This document shows, piece after piece, positions 15,528 through 32,600 of a stretch of DNA of 64,000 bases (position 1 is its first letter; every line of letters begins with the position of its first letter). Location of the stretch: NCBI RefSeq assembly GCF_009914755.1, contig NC_060927.1, one strand, 5' to 3'. Source of the stretch: the human T2T-CHM13v2.0 reference genome, Homo sapiens. The position numbers and the translations under genes are program-made. The notes under the pieces are model-generated. The model ran no database searches and was not told where the DNA came from. It worked only from the letters and a program-made list of their open reading frames with translations.

Positions 15528-16544
15528 ATGGGGAAAAAACAGAACAGAAAACCTGGAAACTCTAAAACGCAGAGCACCTCTCCTCCTCCAAAGGAACGCA
15601 GTTCCTCACCAGCAACAGAACAAAGCTGGATGAAGAATGATTTTGATGAGCTGAGAGAAGAAGGCTTCAGATGATCAAATTACTCTGAGCTACGGGAGGA
15701 CATTCAAACCAAAGGCAAAGAAATTGAAAACTTTGAAAAAAATTTAGAAGAATGTATAACTAGAATAACCAATACAGAGAAGTGCTTAAAGGAGCTGATG
15801 GAGCTGAAAACCAAGGCTCGAGAACTACGTGAACAATGCAGAAGCCTCAGGAGCCGATGCGATCAACTGGAAGAAAGGGTATCAGCAATGGAAGAAGAAA
15901 TGAATGAAATGAAGCGAGAAGGGAAGTTTAGAGAAAAAAGAATAAAAAGAAATGAGCAAAGCCTCCAAGAAATATGGGACTATGTGAAAAGACCAAATCT
16001 ACGTCTGATTGGTGAACCTGAAAGTGATGTGGAGAATGGAACCAAGTTGGAAAACACTCTGCAGGATATTATCCAGGAGAACTTCCCCAATCTAGCAAGG
16101 CAGGCCAATGTTCACATTCAGGAAATACAGAGAACGCCACAAAGATACTCCTCGAGAAGAGCAACTCCAAGACACATAATTGTCAGATTCACCAAAGTAG
16201 AAATGAAGGAAAAAATGTTAAGGGCAACCAGAGAGAAAGGTCGGGTTACCCTCAAAGGAAAGCCCATCAGACTAACAGCGGATCTCTCGGCAGAAACCCT
16301 ACAAGCCAGAAGAGAGTGGGGGCCAATATTCAACATTCTTAAAGAAAAGAATTTTCAACCCAGAATTTCATATCCAGCCAAACTAAGCTTCATAAATGAA
16401 GGAGAAATAAAATACTTTATAGACAAGCAAATGCTGAGAGATTTTGTAACCACCAGGCCTGACCTAAAAGAGCTCCTGAAGGAAGCGCTAAACATGGAAA
16501 GGAACAACTGGTACCAGCCACTGCAAAATCATGCCAAAATGTAA
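15528..16544 (+). pseudogene. ORF1: L1 ORF1p (338-codon frame) with premature stop R49*
   Basis: ATGGGGAAAAAACAG at 15528 to TAA at 16544; in-frame TGA at 15672-15674 (CGA>TGA); the downstream part is track ORF 15798..16544. Confidence 0.93.
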
Positions 16545-16583
16545 AGACCATCGAGACTAGGAAGAAACTGCATCAACTAATGA

Positions 16584-20435
<3,852 letters not shown>

Positions 20436-20657
20436 ACAATGAGATCACAAGGACACAGGAAGGGGAATATCACACTCTGGGGACTGTGGTGGGGTCGGGG
20501 GAGGGGGGAGGGATAGCATTGGGAGATATACCTAATGCTAGATGACACATTAGTGGGTGCAGCGCACCAGCATGGCACATGTATACATATGTAACTAACC
20601 TGCACAATGTGCACATGTACCCTAAAACTTAGAGTATAATAAAAAAAAAAAAAAAAA

Positions 20658-20673
20658 GATATTTGAAAGGCAC
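20658..20673 (+). other. Putative 16-nt 3' transduction within the L1HS tail
   Basis: GATATTTGAAAGGCAC lies between A17 (20641-20657) and A14 (20674-20687), inside the TSDs. Confidence 0.75.
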
Positions 20674-20687
20674 AAAAAAAAAAAAAA

Positions 20688-23600
20688 GAAAAGAAAGGTT
20701 CAACTCTGTGAAATGAATGCACACATTACAAAGAATTTTCTCAGAATGCTTCTGTGTAGTTTCTATATGTAGATATTTCCTTTTTCACCATAGACCTCAA
20801 AGCACTCCAAGTATACATTTGCAGATTCTACAAAAAGACTGTTTCCAAACTGCTCAATCAAAAGAAATGTTCAACTCTGTGAGATGAAAGCACACACCAC
20901 AAAGAATTTCCTTCGAATGCTTCTGTCTAGTTTTTATGTGAAGATATTTCCTTTTTCACCATAGACCTCAAAGCACTCCAAATATCGATTTGCAGATTCT
21001 GCAAAAAGAGTGTTTCCAAACTACTCAATCAAAAGAAAGGTTCAGCTGCATTAAATGAAAACACACATCACAAAGAAGTTTCTCAGAATGCTTCTGTCTA
21101 GTTTTTATGTGTAGATATTTCCTTTTTTACCGTAGGGGTCTTAAACAAATCAGAAATATCCCTCTACAGATACTACAAAAAACTGTTTCCAAAGTGCACC
21201 ATAAAAAGAAATGTTCAACTCTGTGAGATAAATGCACATATTACAAAGAAGTTTCTCAGTATGGTTCTGTCTAGTATTTATGTGAAGATATTACTTTTTT
21301 CTCTATAGAACTCAAAACGCTCCAAATATCAATTTGCAGATTCTGCAAACAGACCGTTTCCAAACTGCTCAATGAAAACAAATGTTCAAATCTGTGAGAT
21401 GAAGGCATACGTCACAAAGAAGTTTCTCAAAAAAGTTCTGTCATGTTTTTATGTTATTTCCTATTTCACCATAGGCCATAAAGAGCTCACAAATATCCCT
21501 CTGCAGATTCTATGAAAAGACTTTTTCCAAACTGCTCAATCAAAAGAAAATTTCATCTCTGGTAGACGAATGCACACATCACAAAGAAGTTGCTCAGAAT
21601 GCTTCTGTCTAGTTGTTATGTGAAGATATTTCTTTTTCACCATAGGCCTCAAATGGCTCGGAAATATCCCTTTGGAGATTGTAGAAAAAGATTGTTTCCA
21701 AACTGCTCACTGAAAAGAAAGGTTCAACTCTGTGAAATGAATAAAGGCATTACAAACAAGTTTGTCAGAATGCTTCAGTCTGATTTTTGTGTGAATATAT
21801 TTCCTTTTGCAACATGGACCCCAAAGCTCTCCAAGTATCCATTTACAGATACTACAAAAAGACTGTTTCCAAACTTCTCAATAAAAAGAAATGTTCAACT
21901 CTGTGAGATGAATGCACACATCACAAGGAAGTTTCTCAGAATGCTTCTGTCTACTTTTTATTTGAAGATATTCCCTTTGTCCCCATATGCCACAAAGAGC
22001 TCCAAATATCCATTTGCAGATTCAACAAAAAGACTGTTTCCAAACTGCTCAATCAAAAGAAAGTTTCTGCTCTGTGTGATGAAAGCATACATCACAAAGA
22101 AGTTTCTCTGAAAGTTTCTATGTAGTTTTTAGGTGAAGTTATTTCCTATTTCCCCATGGGCCTCAAAGGGCTCACAAATGTCCCTTTGCCAATTCTACAA
22201 AAATAATGTTTCCAAACTGCTCAATCAAAAGTAATGTTCAAATCTTGAGATTAATGCTCATATCATGAAGAAGTTTCCCAGAATGCTTCTGTGTAGTTTT
22301 TCTGTGAAGATATTTTCATTTAGACCATAGGCCTCAAAGCCCTCCAAATATCTGTTTGCAGATTATAGAAAAAGAGTTTTTCCAAAAGGCTCAATCAAAA
22401 GAAAGTTTCAATTCTGCGAGATGAACGCACACATCACAAAGAGGTTTCTCAGAATGGTTCTGTCTAGTTTTTATGTGAATGCATTTCCTTTTTTAGCATA
22501 GGCCCTAAACCGGTCACAAATTTCGCTCTTCAGATAGTACAAAAAGACTGTTTACAAAGTGCTTAAGCAAAAGAAAGTTTCAACTCTGTGAGATGAATGC
22601 ACACATCACAAAGTAGTTTATCAGAATGCTTCTGTCTACTTTTCGTGTGAAGATATTTCCTTTTTAACCATAGGCCTCGGAGTGCTCCAAATATCCATTT
22701 GCAGATTCTACAAAAAGACTATTTTGAAAATGCTCAATCAAAAGAAAGGTTCAATTCTGTGAGATGAAAGCATACATCACAAAGAAGTTTCTCAGAAAGC
22801 TTCTGTCTAGTTTTTATGTGAAGATATTTCCTGTTTCACCATAGTCCATCAAGGGCTCAAAAATAACACTGTGCAGATTCTACGAAAGGACTGTTTCCAA
22901 ACTGCTCAATCAAAAGATAGGTTCAACTCTGTGAGATGAATGCACACTTCACAAAGAAGTTTATCAGAATGCTTCTGTCTAGTTTTTATGTGACGATATT
23001 TATTTTTCAGCATAGGCATCAAATGGCTTGGAAATATCATATTGCAGATTTTACAAAAAGACTATTTCCAAATGAATCAATGAAAAGTAAAGTTCAACAC
23101 AGTGAGGTGAATGCAGTCATTACAAAGAATTTTCTCAAAATGCTTCTATTTTTTGTGTAAAGATAACTCCTTTTTCAACATAAGCCTCAAAGCACTCCAA
23201 ATATCCATTTTCAGATTCAAAAAAAGGAGTCTTTCCAACCTGCTGAATCAAAAGAAAGTTTCAACTCGGTGAGATAAAAGCAAACATCACAAAGAAGTTT
23301 CTCAGAATGCTTATGTCTAGTTTTTATGCGAAGATATTTCCATTTTCACCATAGGCCTTATACCAGTCACAAATATCCCTCTGCAGATACTACAAAAAGA
23401 CTGTTTCCAAACTGCTCCATCAAAAGAAAGCTTCAAATCTGTGAGATGAATGAACACGTCACAAAGAATTTTCTCAGAATGCTTCTGTCAACTTTTTATG
23501 TGAAGATATTTCCTTTTTCACCATAGACCTCAAAGCACTCGAAATATCCATTTTAAAAAAATACTACAGAAAGACTGTTTCCAAACGGATCAATCAAAAG

Positions 23601-26600
23601 AAAGGTTCAACTCTGTGAGATAAATGAATACATCAAAAATAAGTTTCTCAGAATTCTTCTCCCTAGTTATTATGTGAAGGTATTTCCATTACCAACATAG
23701 GCCTCAAAGCACTCCAAATATCCATTTCTAGATAGATAGTACAAGAAGACTGTTTCCAAACTGCTCAATCAAAAGAAAGTTTCAAGACTGTGAGGTGAAT
23801 GCAAACATCCAAAGAAGTTTCTCAGAATGCTTCTGTCTAGTTTTAATGTCAAGATATTTCCTTTTCCACCATAGGCCCCAAGGCACTCCAAATATCCACT
23901 TGGAGATTCTACAAAAGGAGTGTTTCAGAACTGCTCAATGAAAGGAAAGTTTAAACTCTGTGAAATGAATGAACACATCACAAGGAAGTTTCTCAGAATG
24001 CTTCTCTCTAGTTTTTATGTGAAGATATTTCCTTTTTCACCATAGGCATCCAAGTGTTCCAAATATCCATTTGCAGATACTACAAAAATTCTGTTTTCAA
24101 ACTACTCAATAAAAGAAAGGTTCAACTCTGTGAGATGAATGCACACATCACAAAGAAGTTTCTCAGAAAGTTTCTGTCTAGTTTTTATGTGAAGATATTT
24201 CCTGTTTCCCCATAGGCCTCAATGGTCTCACAAATATCCCTTTGCAGTTTCTACAAAACGACTGTTTGCAAACTGTTCAATAAAAAGAAAATTTCAATGT
24301 GTGAGACGAATGCACACATCACAAAGAAGTCTGTCAGAATGCTTCTTTCTAGTTTTTATGTGAAGATATTTCCTTTTCCACAATAGGCCTCAAAGCGCTC
24401 CAAATATCGACTTGCAGATTCTACAAGAAGAGTGTTTCAAAAGTGCTCAATCAACAGAATGGTTGAATGTGAGATGAATGCACATATCTCAAAGAAGTTT
24501 CTCAATCAGTTTCTGTCTAGTTTTTATGTGAAGATATTTTCTATTACCCCATAGGCCTCAAAGGGCTCACAAATACCACTTGGTTGATACTACAAAAAGA
24601 GTGTTTCAAAACTGCTCAATCAAAAGAAAGGTTCATCTCTGTTAGACGAATGCACACAACACCAAGCAGTTTCACAGAATACTTCTGTCTAGTTTTTATG
24701 TGATGATATTTCCTTTCTCACCAAAGGCCACAAAGTGCTCCAAATATCCACTTGCAGATTCTCCAAAAAGAGTGTTTCAAAACTGCAGAATCAAAAGAAA
24801 GTTTCAGCTCTGTGAGATGAATTCACACATCACAAAGAAGTTTCTCAGAATGCTTCTGTCTAGTTTTTCTGTGAAGATATTTCATTTTTCACCATAGTCC
24901 TTAAAGCACTCAAAATATCCACTTGCAGTTTCTGCAAAAAGGCTATTTCCAAACTGCTCAATCAAAAAAAAAGGTTCAACTCTGTGAGATGAAAGCAAAC
25001 ATCACAAAGATGTTTCTCAGAAAATTTCTGTCTAGTTTTTACGTGAAGATATTTCCTATTTCCCCGAAGGCCTCAATGGGCTCACAAATATCCCATTGCA
25101 GATTCTACAAAACGACTCTTTCCAAATTGCTCAATCAAAAGAAATTTTCAACACTCTGAGAGGAATGCACACATCACAAAAAGTTTCTCAGAATGCTTCT
25201 GTCTAGTTTTTATATGGAGATATTCCTTTTCCACTATAGGCCTCAAAGTGCTGCAAATATCCACCTACAGATTCTAGAAAAAGAGTGTTTCAAAACTGCT
25301 CAATCAAAAGAACTGTTGAAATCTGTGAGATGAATGCACCCATCACAAAGAAGTTTCTCTGAATGCTTCTGTCTAGTTTTTGTGTGAAGATATTTCCTTT
25401 TTCACCATAAGCCTCAAAGTCCTCAAAATACTTATTTGTAGATATTACAAAAAGACAGTTTCCTAATTGCTCAATCAAAAGAAAGGTTCAACTATGTGAG
25501 ATGAATGCACACATCACAGAGTAGTTTCTCAGAATGCTTCTGTCTAGCTTAATGTGAAGATATTTACTTTTTCACCATAGGCCTCAAAGTGCTGCAAATA
25601 TCCATTTGCCTATATTAGAAAAAGACTGTTTCCAAAGTGCTCATTCAAAAGAAAGGTTCAACTCTATGAGAAGAATGCACACACCACTAAGAAGTTTCTG
25701 AGAATGCATTTGTCTAGTTTTTGTGTGCAAATATTCCCTTTTTCACCCTAGGCAGAAAACGTTCCAATTATTGACATGCAGATTCTTCAAAAAGACTGTT
25801 TCCAAACTGATCAATCAAAAGAAAGTTTCAACTCTGTGAGATGAAAGCACACATCACAAAGAAGTTTCTGAGAAAATTTCTAACCAGTTTTTATGTGAAG
25901 ATATTTCCTATTTCACTATAGGCCTCAATGGGCTCACAAATATCCCTCTGCATATACTACAAAACAACTGTTTCCGGAAAGCTCAATCAAAAGTAATGTT
26001 CAACTCTCTGAGATGAATGTACACATCACAAAGAAGTTTCTCAGAATGCTTCTGTCTAGTTTTTATGTGAAGACATATTTTCCAACATAGGCCTCAAAGC
26101 GCTCCAAATATCCACTTGTAGATTCTACAAAAAGAGTGTTTCAAAACTGCTCAATCAAAAAGAAGTTAAACTCTGTGAGATAAATGCACACATTAGAAAG
26201 AAGTTTCTCAGAATACTTCTGTCTAGTTTTTATGTGAAGATATTTCCTTTTTCACCATAGGCCTCAAAGTGCTCCAAATACCCATTTGCAGATATTACAA
26301 AAGACTGCTTCCAAACTGCACAATTAAAAGAAAGTTTCAAATTTGTGAGATGAAAGCACACATCACAAGGAAGTTTCTCAGAAAGTATCTTTCTAGTTTT
26401 TATTTGAAGATGTTTCCTATTTCCCCATAAGACTGTAAGGGCTCAAAAATATCCCCTGGCAGAATCTACAAAAATTGTGTTTCAAAACTGCTCAAAGAAA
26501 ATAAAGGTTCAACTTCGTGAGATGAATACAGACATCACAAAGAAGATTCTCAGAATGCTTCTGTCTAGTTTTTATGTGAAGATATTTCCTTTCTCATCAA

Positions 26601-29600
26601 AGGCCACAAAGCGCTCCACATATGCGCTTGCAGATTCTACAAAAAGAGTGTTTCAAAACTGCTCAATCAAAGAAAGTTTCAACTTGTTGAGATGAATGCA
26701 TAGATCACAAACATGTTTCTCAGAACCCTTTTGTCTAGTTTTTATGTGAAGATGTTTCCTATTTCTCTATAGACCTCAATGTATTCAAAAATATCCCTTT
26801 GTAGATTCTACAAAAATAGTGTTTCAAAACTTCTCAATCAAAAGAAAATGTCAACACTGTGAGGTGAATGCACCCCTCACAAAGAAGTTTCTCAGAATGC
26901 TTCTCTCTAGTTTTTATGGGAATATATTTCCTTTTCCACAAAAGGCCACAAAGTGCTCCAAATATACATTTGCAGTTACTACAAGAAGACTTTTTCTAAA
27001 CTGCTCAATCAAAAGAAAGGTTCAGATATGTGAGATGAATGCACACATCAAAAAGAAGTTTCTCAGAAAGCTTCTGTCTAGTTGTTATGTGAAGATATTT
27101 GCTTTTTCACCATAGGCCCCAAAGCGCTCCAAATATCCATTTGGAGATATTACAAAAGACTGTTTCCAAACAGCTCAATCAAAGGAAATTTTCAACTCTC
27201 TGAGATGAATGCAAACATCGAGAGAAGTATTTGAGAATGCTTCTGTCTAGTTTTTATGTGAAGATATTATCTTTTTCGCCATAGGCCTCAAAGCACTCAC
27301 AATATCCACTTAAATATTCTACAAAAAGACTGCCACCAAAATGTTGAAGCAAAAGAAAGTTTCAACTCTGGGAGATGAAAGAACAAATCACAAAAAAGTT
27401 TCTCAGAAAGATTCTGTCTAGTTTTTATGTGAAATATTTCCTAATTCCCCATAGGCCTCACTGGTCTCAGAAATATCCCTTTGCAGATTCTAAAAACCGA
27501 ATGTTTCCTAATTGCTTAATCAAAGGTAACGTTCAACTCTGTGAGATGAATGCACACATAACAAAGAAGTTTCTCAAAATGCTTCTGTCTAGTTTTTATG
27601 GGAAGATAAATCCTTTTCCACTGTACACCACAAAGTGCTCCAAATATACACTTGCAGATTCTACAAAAAGAGTGTTCAAAACTGCTCAATGAACAGAATG
27701 TTTCAACTGTGTGAGATGAATGCACACATCACAAAGAAGTTTCTCAGAATGCTTCTGTCTATTTTTTATGTGAAGATATTTCCTTTATCACCAAAGGTCT
27801 CAAAGAGCTCCATGTATCCACTTGGAGATTCTAGAAAATGACTGTTTTCAAACTGCTCAATCAAAAGAAAGTTTCATCTCTGTGAGATGAAAGCACACAT
27901 CACAAGGAAGTTTCTCAGAATGATTCTGTATAGTTTTTATATGAAGATATTTTATTTTCCACCATAGGCCACAAAGTGCTCCAAATATCCACTTGCAGAT
28001 CCTAACAAAACGCTGTTTCCAACCTCCTGGATGAAAAGAAAGTTTCAACTCTGTGAGAAGAAAGCACACATCACAAAGATGTTTCTCAGAAACTTTCTGT
28101 CTAGTTTTTATATGAAGATATTTCCTATTTCCCCATAGGACTCAAAGGGCTCACAAATATCCCTTTGCAGATTCTTCAAAACGACTGTTTCCAAACTGCT
28201 CAATGAAAAGAAATTTTCAAGACTGTGAGATGAATGCACACATCACAAAGAAGTTTCTCAGAATGCATCTGACTAGTTTTTATGTGAAGATATTTCCTTT
28301 TCCACCATAGACCTCAAAGCGCTACAAGCATCCACTTGCAGATTCTTCAAAAAGAGTGTATCAAAACCACTCAATCAATCGAAACTTTAAACTGTGTGAG
28401 GTGAATGCACACATCACAAAGTGGTTTCTCATAGTGCGTCTTTCAAGTTTTTATGTGAAGATATTTCCTTTTTTGCCATAGGCCTCCAACTGCTCCAAAT
28501 ATGCATTCGCAGATACTACAAAAAGACTGTTTGCAAACTGGTCCATCAAAAGGAAGTTACAAATCTGTGAGATGAATGCACACATCCCAAAGTAGTTTCT
28601 CACAATGCTTCTCTCAAGTTTTATGTGAAGATATTTCCTTTCTCACCATAGGCCTCATAGCTCTCCATATATCCATTTGCAGATACTGCAAAGAGAGTGT
28701 TTCCAAACTGCTCGATCAAAAGAAAGTTTTAACATTGTGAAATGAAGACATACATCACAAAGAAGTTTCTCAGAAAGTATCTGCCTAGTTTTTATGTGAA
28801 GATATTTCCTATTTACCCTAAACCTCAATGGTTTCACCATTATCCCTTTGCAGATTCTACAAAACTATTGTTTCCAAAAAGCTCAAGCAAAAGAAAGTTT
28901 CAACTCTGTGAGATGAATGCAAACATCACAAAGAAGTTTCTCAGAAGGATTCTATCTAGTTTTTATGTGAAGATATTTCCTTTTCTACCACAGGCCTCAA
29001 AACCCTCCATGTGTCCTCTTGCAGATTCTACAAAAAGAGTGTTTCAAAACTGCTCAATCTAAAGAAAGTTTCAAATCTGTGAGATGAATGCACACATCAC
29101 AAAGAAGTTTCTCAGAATGCTTCTGTCTAGTTTTTATGTGAATATATTTCCTTTTTCACCAAAGGCGTCAAAGTGTTCAAAATATCCATTTGCAGATATT
29201 ACAAAAAGACTCTTTCCAAACTGCTAAATCAAAAGAAAGTTTCAACTTTGTGAGATGAATGCACAGGTGACAAAGAAGTTTCCGAGAATTCTTCTTTCAG
29301 TTTTTGATGAGAAGATATTTCATTTTCCACCAGAGGCCACAAAGAGCTCCAAATATCCACTTGCACATTCTACAGAAAGACTGGTTCCATAATGCTCAAT
29401 CAAAAGAAAGATTCAACTCTGTGAGACGAAATCACACATCACAAAGATATTTCTCAGAAAGTTTCTGTCTAGTTTTTATGTGAAGATATTTCCTATTTCC
29501 CCATAGGCCTCAAAGGGCTGACAAATATCCCTTTGCAGATTCTACAAAATGACTGTTCCCAAACTGCTCAATAAAAGGAAAGTTTTAACTCTCTGGGATG

Positions 29601-32600
29601 AATGCACACATCACAAAGAAGTTTCTCAAAATTCTTCTCTCCAGTTTTACGTGAAGATAGGCCCTTTTCCACCATGGGCCTCAAAGCGTTCCAACTCTCC
29701 ACTTGCAGATACTATAAATAGAGTGTTTCAAAACTGTTCAATCAAAAGAAATTTTCAACTCTGTTGGATAAATGTACACATCACAAAGAAGTTTCTCGGA
29801 ATGCTTCTGTCTAGTTTTTATGGGAAAATATCTCCTTTTTCACCATAGGCCTCAAAGCACTCCAAATATCCATTTCTAGATAGTACAAGAAGACTGTTTC
29901 CAAACTGCTCAATCAAAAGAAAGTTTCAAGACTGTGAGGTGAATGCAAACATCCAAATAACTTTCTCAGAATGCTTCTGTCTAGTTTTTATGTGAAGACA
30001 TTTTTTTTCACCATAGGCCTCAAAGCGCTTCAAATATCCATTTGTAGATATAATAAAAGTCTGTTTCCTAACTGCTCAAAGAAAAGAAAGATTCAACTCT
30101 GTGAGATGAATGCACACATCACAAAGAGGTTTCTCATAATGCTTCTGTCTAGTTTTTATGTGAAGATATTTCCTTTTTCACCAATGGCCTCAAAGTGGTC
30201 CAAATATCCACTTGCAGATTCTACATAAAGACTGTTTCCAAACTGCCAAATCAAAATAAAGTTCAACTCTGTGAGATGAATGAACACATCACAAAGATGT
30301 TTCTCAGAATGCTTCTTTCCAGTTTTTATGTGAAGATATTCCTGTTCCTCCATAGACCTCAAAGGACTCCAAATATCCACTTGCGGACGCTACAAAAAGA
30401 GTGTTTCAAAACTGTTCAATTAAAAGAAAGATTCAGCTCTGCGTGATGAATGCACTCATTACAAAGAAGTTTCTCAGAATGGCTCTGGCTAGTTTTTATA
30501 TGGAGATAATTCCTTTTTCACCATAGGCCACAAAGCGCTCCAAATATCCACTTGCATATACTACCAAAAGAGTGTTTCAAAACTGCTCAATCAAAGGAAA
30601 GGTTCAACTCTGTGAGATGAAGGCACACATCTCATGGGAGTTTCCCAGAATGCTTCTGTATAGTTTTTATGGGAAGCTGTTTCCTTTTTCACCACTGGCC
30701 TCAAAGCGGTCCAAGTATCAATTTGCAGATACTACAAGAAGACTGTTTCCAAACTGCTCAATCAAAAGAAAGGTTCAAGTCTGTGAGATGAATCCACACA
30801 TCCAAAGAAGTTTCCCAGAATGCTTCTGCCTAGCTTTTTTTGTGAAGATATATCGTTTTACACCGTTGGCCTCAAACCGCTCCAAATATCCACTTGCAGA
30901 TTCTATAAAAAGAGTGTTTCAAAACTGCTCAATAAAAAGAAAGGTTCAACCCTCTGAGATGAATGCACACATCACAGGGAAGTTTCTCAGAATGAGTCTG
31001 TCTAGTTTTTATGTGAAGATATTTACTTTTCCCCAGAGTTTCAAAGTGCTCCAAATATCCATTTGCAGATACTCCAAAAAGACTGTTTCCAAACTGCTAA
31101 ATCAAAAGAGAGGTTCAACTTTATGAGATGAATGCACACATCACAAAGAAGTTTCTCAGAATGCTTCTATCTACTTTTTATGTGAAGATATTTCCTTTGT
31201 CACCATAAGCCTCAAAGCGCTCCAAATATCCACTTGCAGATTTTACAAAAAGACTGTTTCCAAACTGCTCAATCAAAAGAAAGTTTCAACTCTGAGAGAT
31301 GAAAGCACACATCAAAAGGGGTTTCTCAGAAAGTTTCTGTCTAGTTTTTATGTGAAGATATTTTCTACTTCCCCATGGACCTCAATGGGCTCACAAATAT
31401 CCCTTTGCAGATTCTACAAAAAGACTGTTTCAAAACTGCTCAATCAAAAGACATTTTCAACAGTGTACGATGAATGCACACATCAAAAGTAGTTTCTCAG
31501 AATGCTTCTGTCTAGTTTTTATGTGAAGGTATTTTCTTCTCCCCTAGAGGCCGAAATGCACTCCAAATATACACTTGCAGATCCTAAAAAAACAGTGTTT
31601 CAAAACTGCTCAATCAAATGAAAGATTCAACTCTTTGAGTTGAATGCACACATCACAAAGAACTTTCTCAGAATGCTTCTGTCTAGTATTTATTTGAAGA
31701 TATTTTCTTTTCCACCATAGTCCTCAAAGCACTCCAAATATCCACTTGTAGATTCCAGAAAAAGAATGTTTGAAAACTGCTTAATCAAAAGAACCATTCA
31801 ACCCTGTGAGATGACTATACACATCACCAAGAAGTTTCTCAGAATGCTTCTTTCTAGTTATTATTTGAATATATTTCCTCTTCCACCTTAGGCCTGAAAG
31901 CGCTCCAAATATCCGCCTCCAGATTCCACAAAAAGAGTGTTTCAAAACTGCTCAATCAAAAGAAAGATTGAACTCTGTGAGTTGAATGCAAACATCACAA
32001 GGAAGTTTGTCAGAATGTTTCTGTCCAGATTTTATGTAAAGATATTTCCTTTTCCACCATACGTCACAAAGCATTCCAAATATCCACTTGCAGATTTTAC
32101 AAAAAGACTGTTTCCAAACTGCTCAATCAAAAGAAAGTTTCAACTCTGAGAGATGAAAGCACACATCAAAAGGGGTTTCTCAGAAAGTTTCTGTCTAGTT
32201 TTTATGTGAAGATATTTTCTACTTCCCCATGGACCTCAATGGGCTCACAAATATCCCTTTGCAGATTCTACAAAAAGACTGTTTCAAAACTGCTCAATCA
32301 AAAGACATTTTCAACAGTGTACGATGAATGCACACATCAAAAGTAGTTTCTCAGAATGCTTCTGTCTAGTTTTTATGTGAAGGTATTTTCTTCTCCCCTA
32401 GAGGCCGAAATGCACTCCAAATATACACTTGCAGATCCTAAAAAAACAGTGTTTCAAAACTGCTCAATCAAATGAAAGATTCAACTCTTTGAGTTGAATG
32501 CACACATCACAAAGAACTTTCTCAGAATGCTTCTGTCTAGTATTTATTTGAAGATATTTTCTTTTCCACCATAGTCCTCAAAGCACTCCAAATATCCACT

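Noticed and set aside
16390-16413. L1HS ORF1 shares ATAAATGAAG (S>N) with the older L1 at ~54127, a possible micro-conversion
   Set aside because: Only one informative site; the other shared changes are CpG hotspots, so recurrence cannot be excluded.
20479-20512. G-quadruplex-like G-rich tract
   Set aside because: Standard feature of primate L1 3'UTRs, not specific to this locus.
20547-20549. ACA could be a deaminated pre-Ta ACG rather than true Ta
   Set aside because: The independent Ta-1 diagnostics T20153 and G20156 are also present, supporting a genuine Ta-1 assignment.
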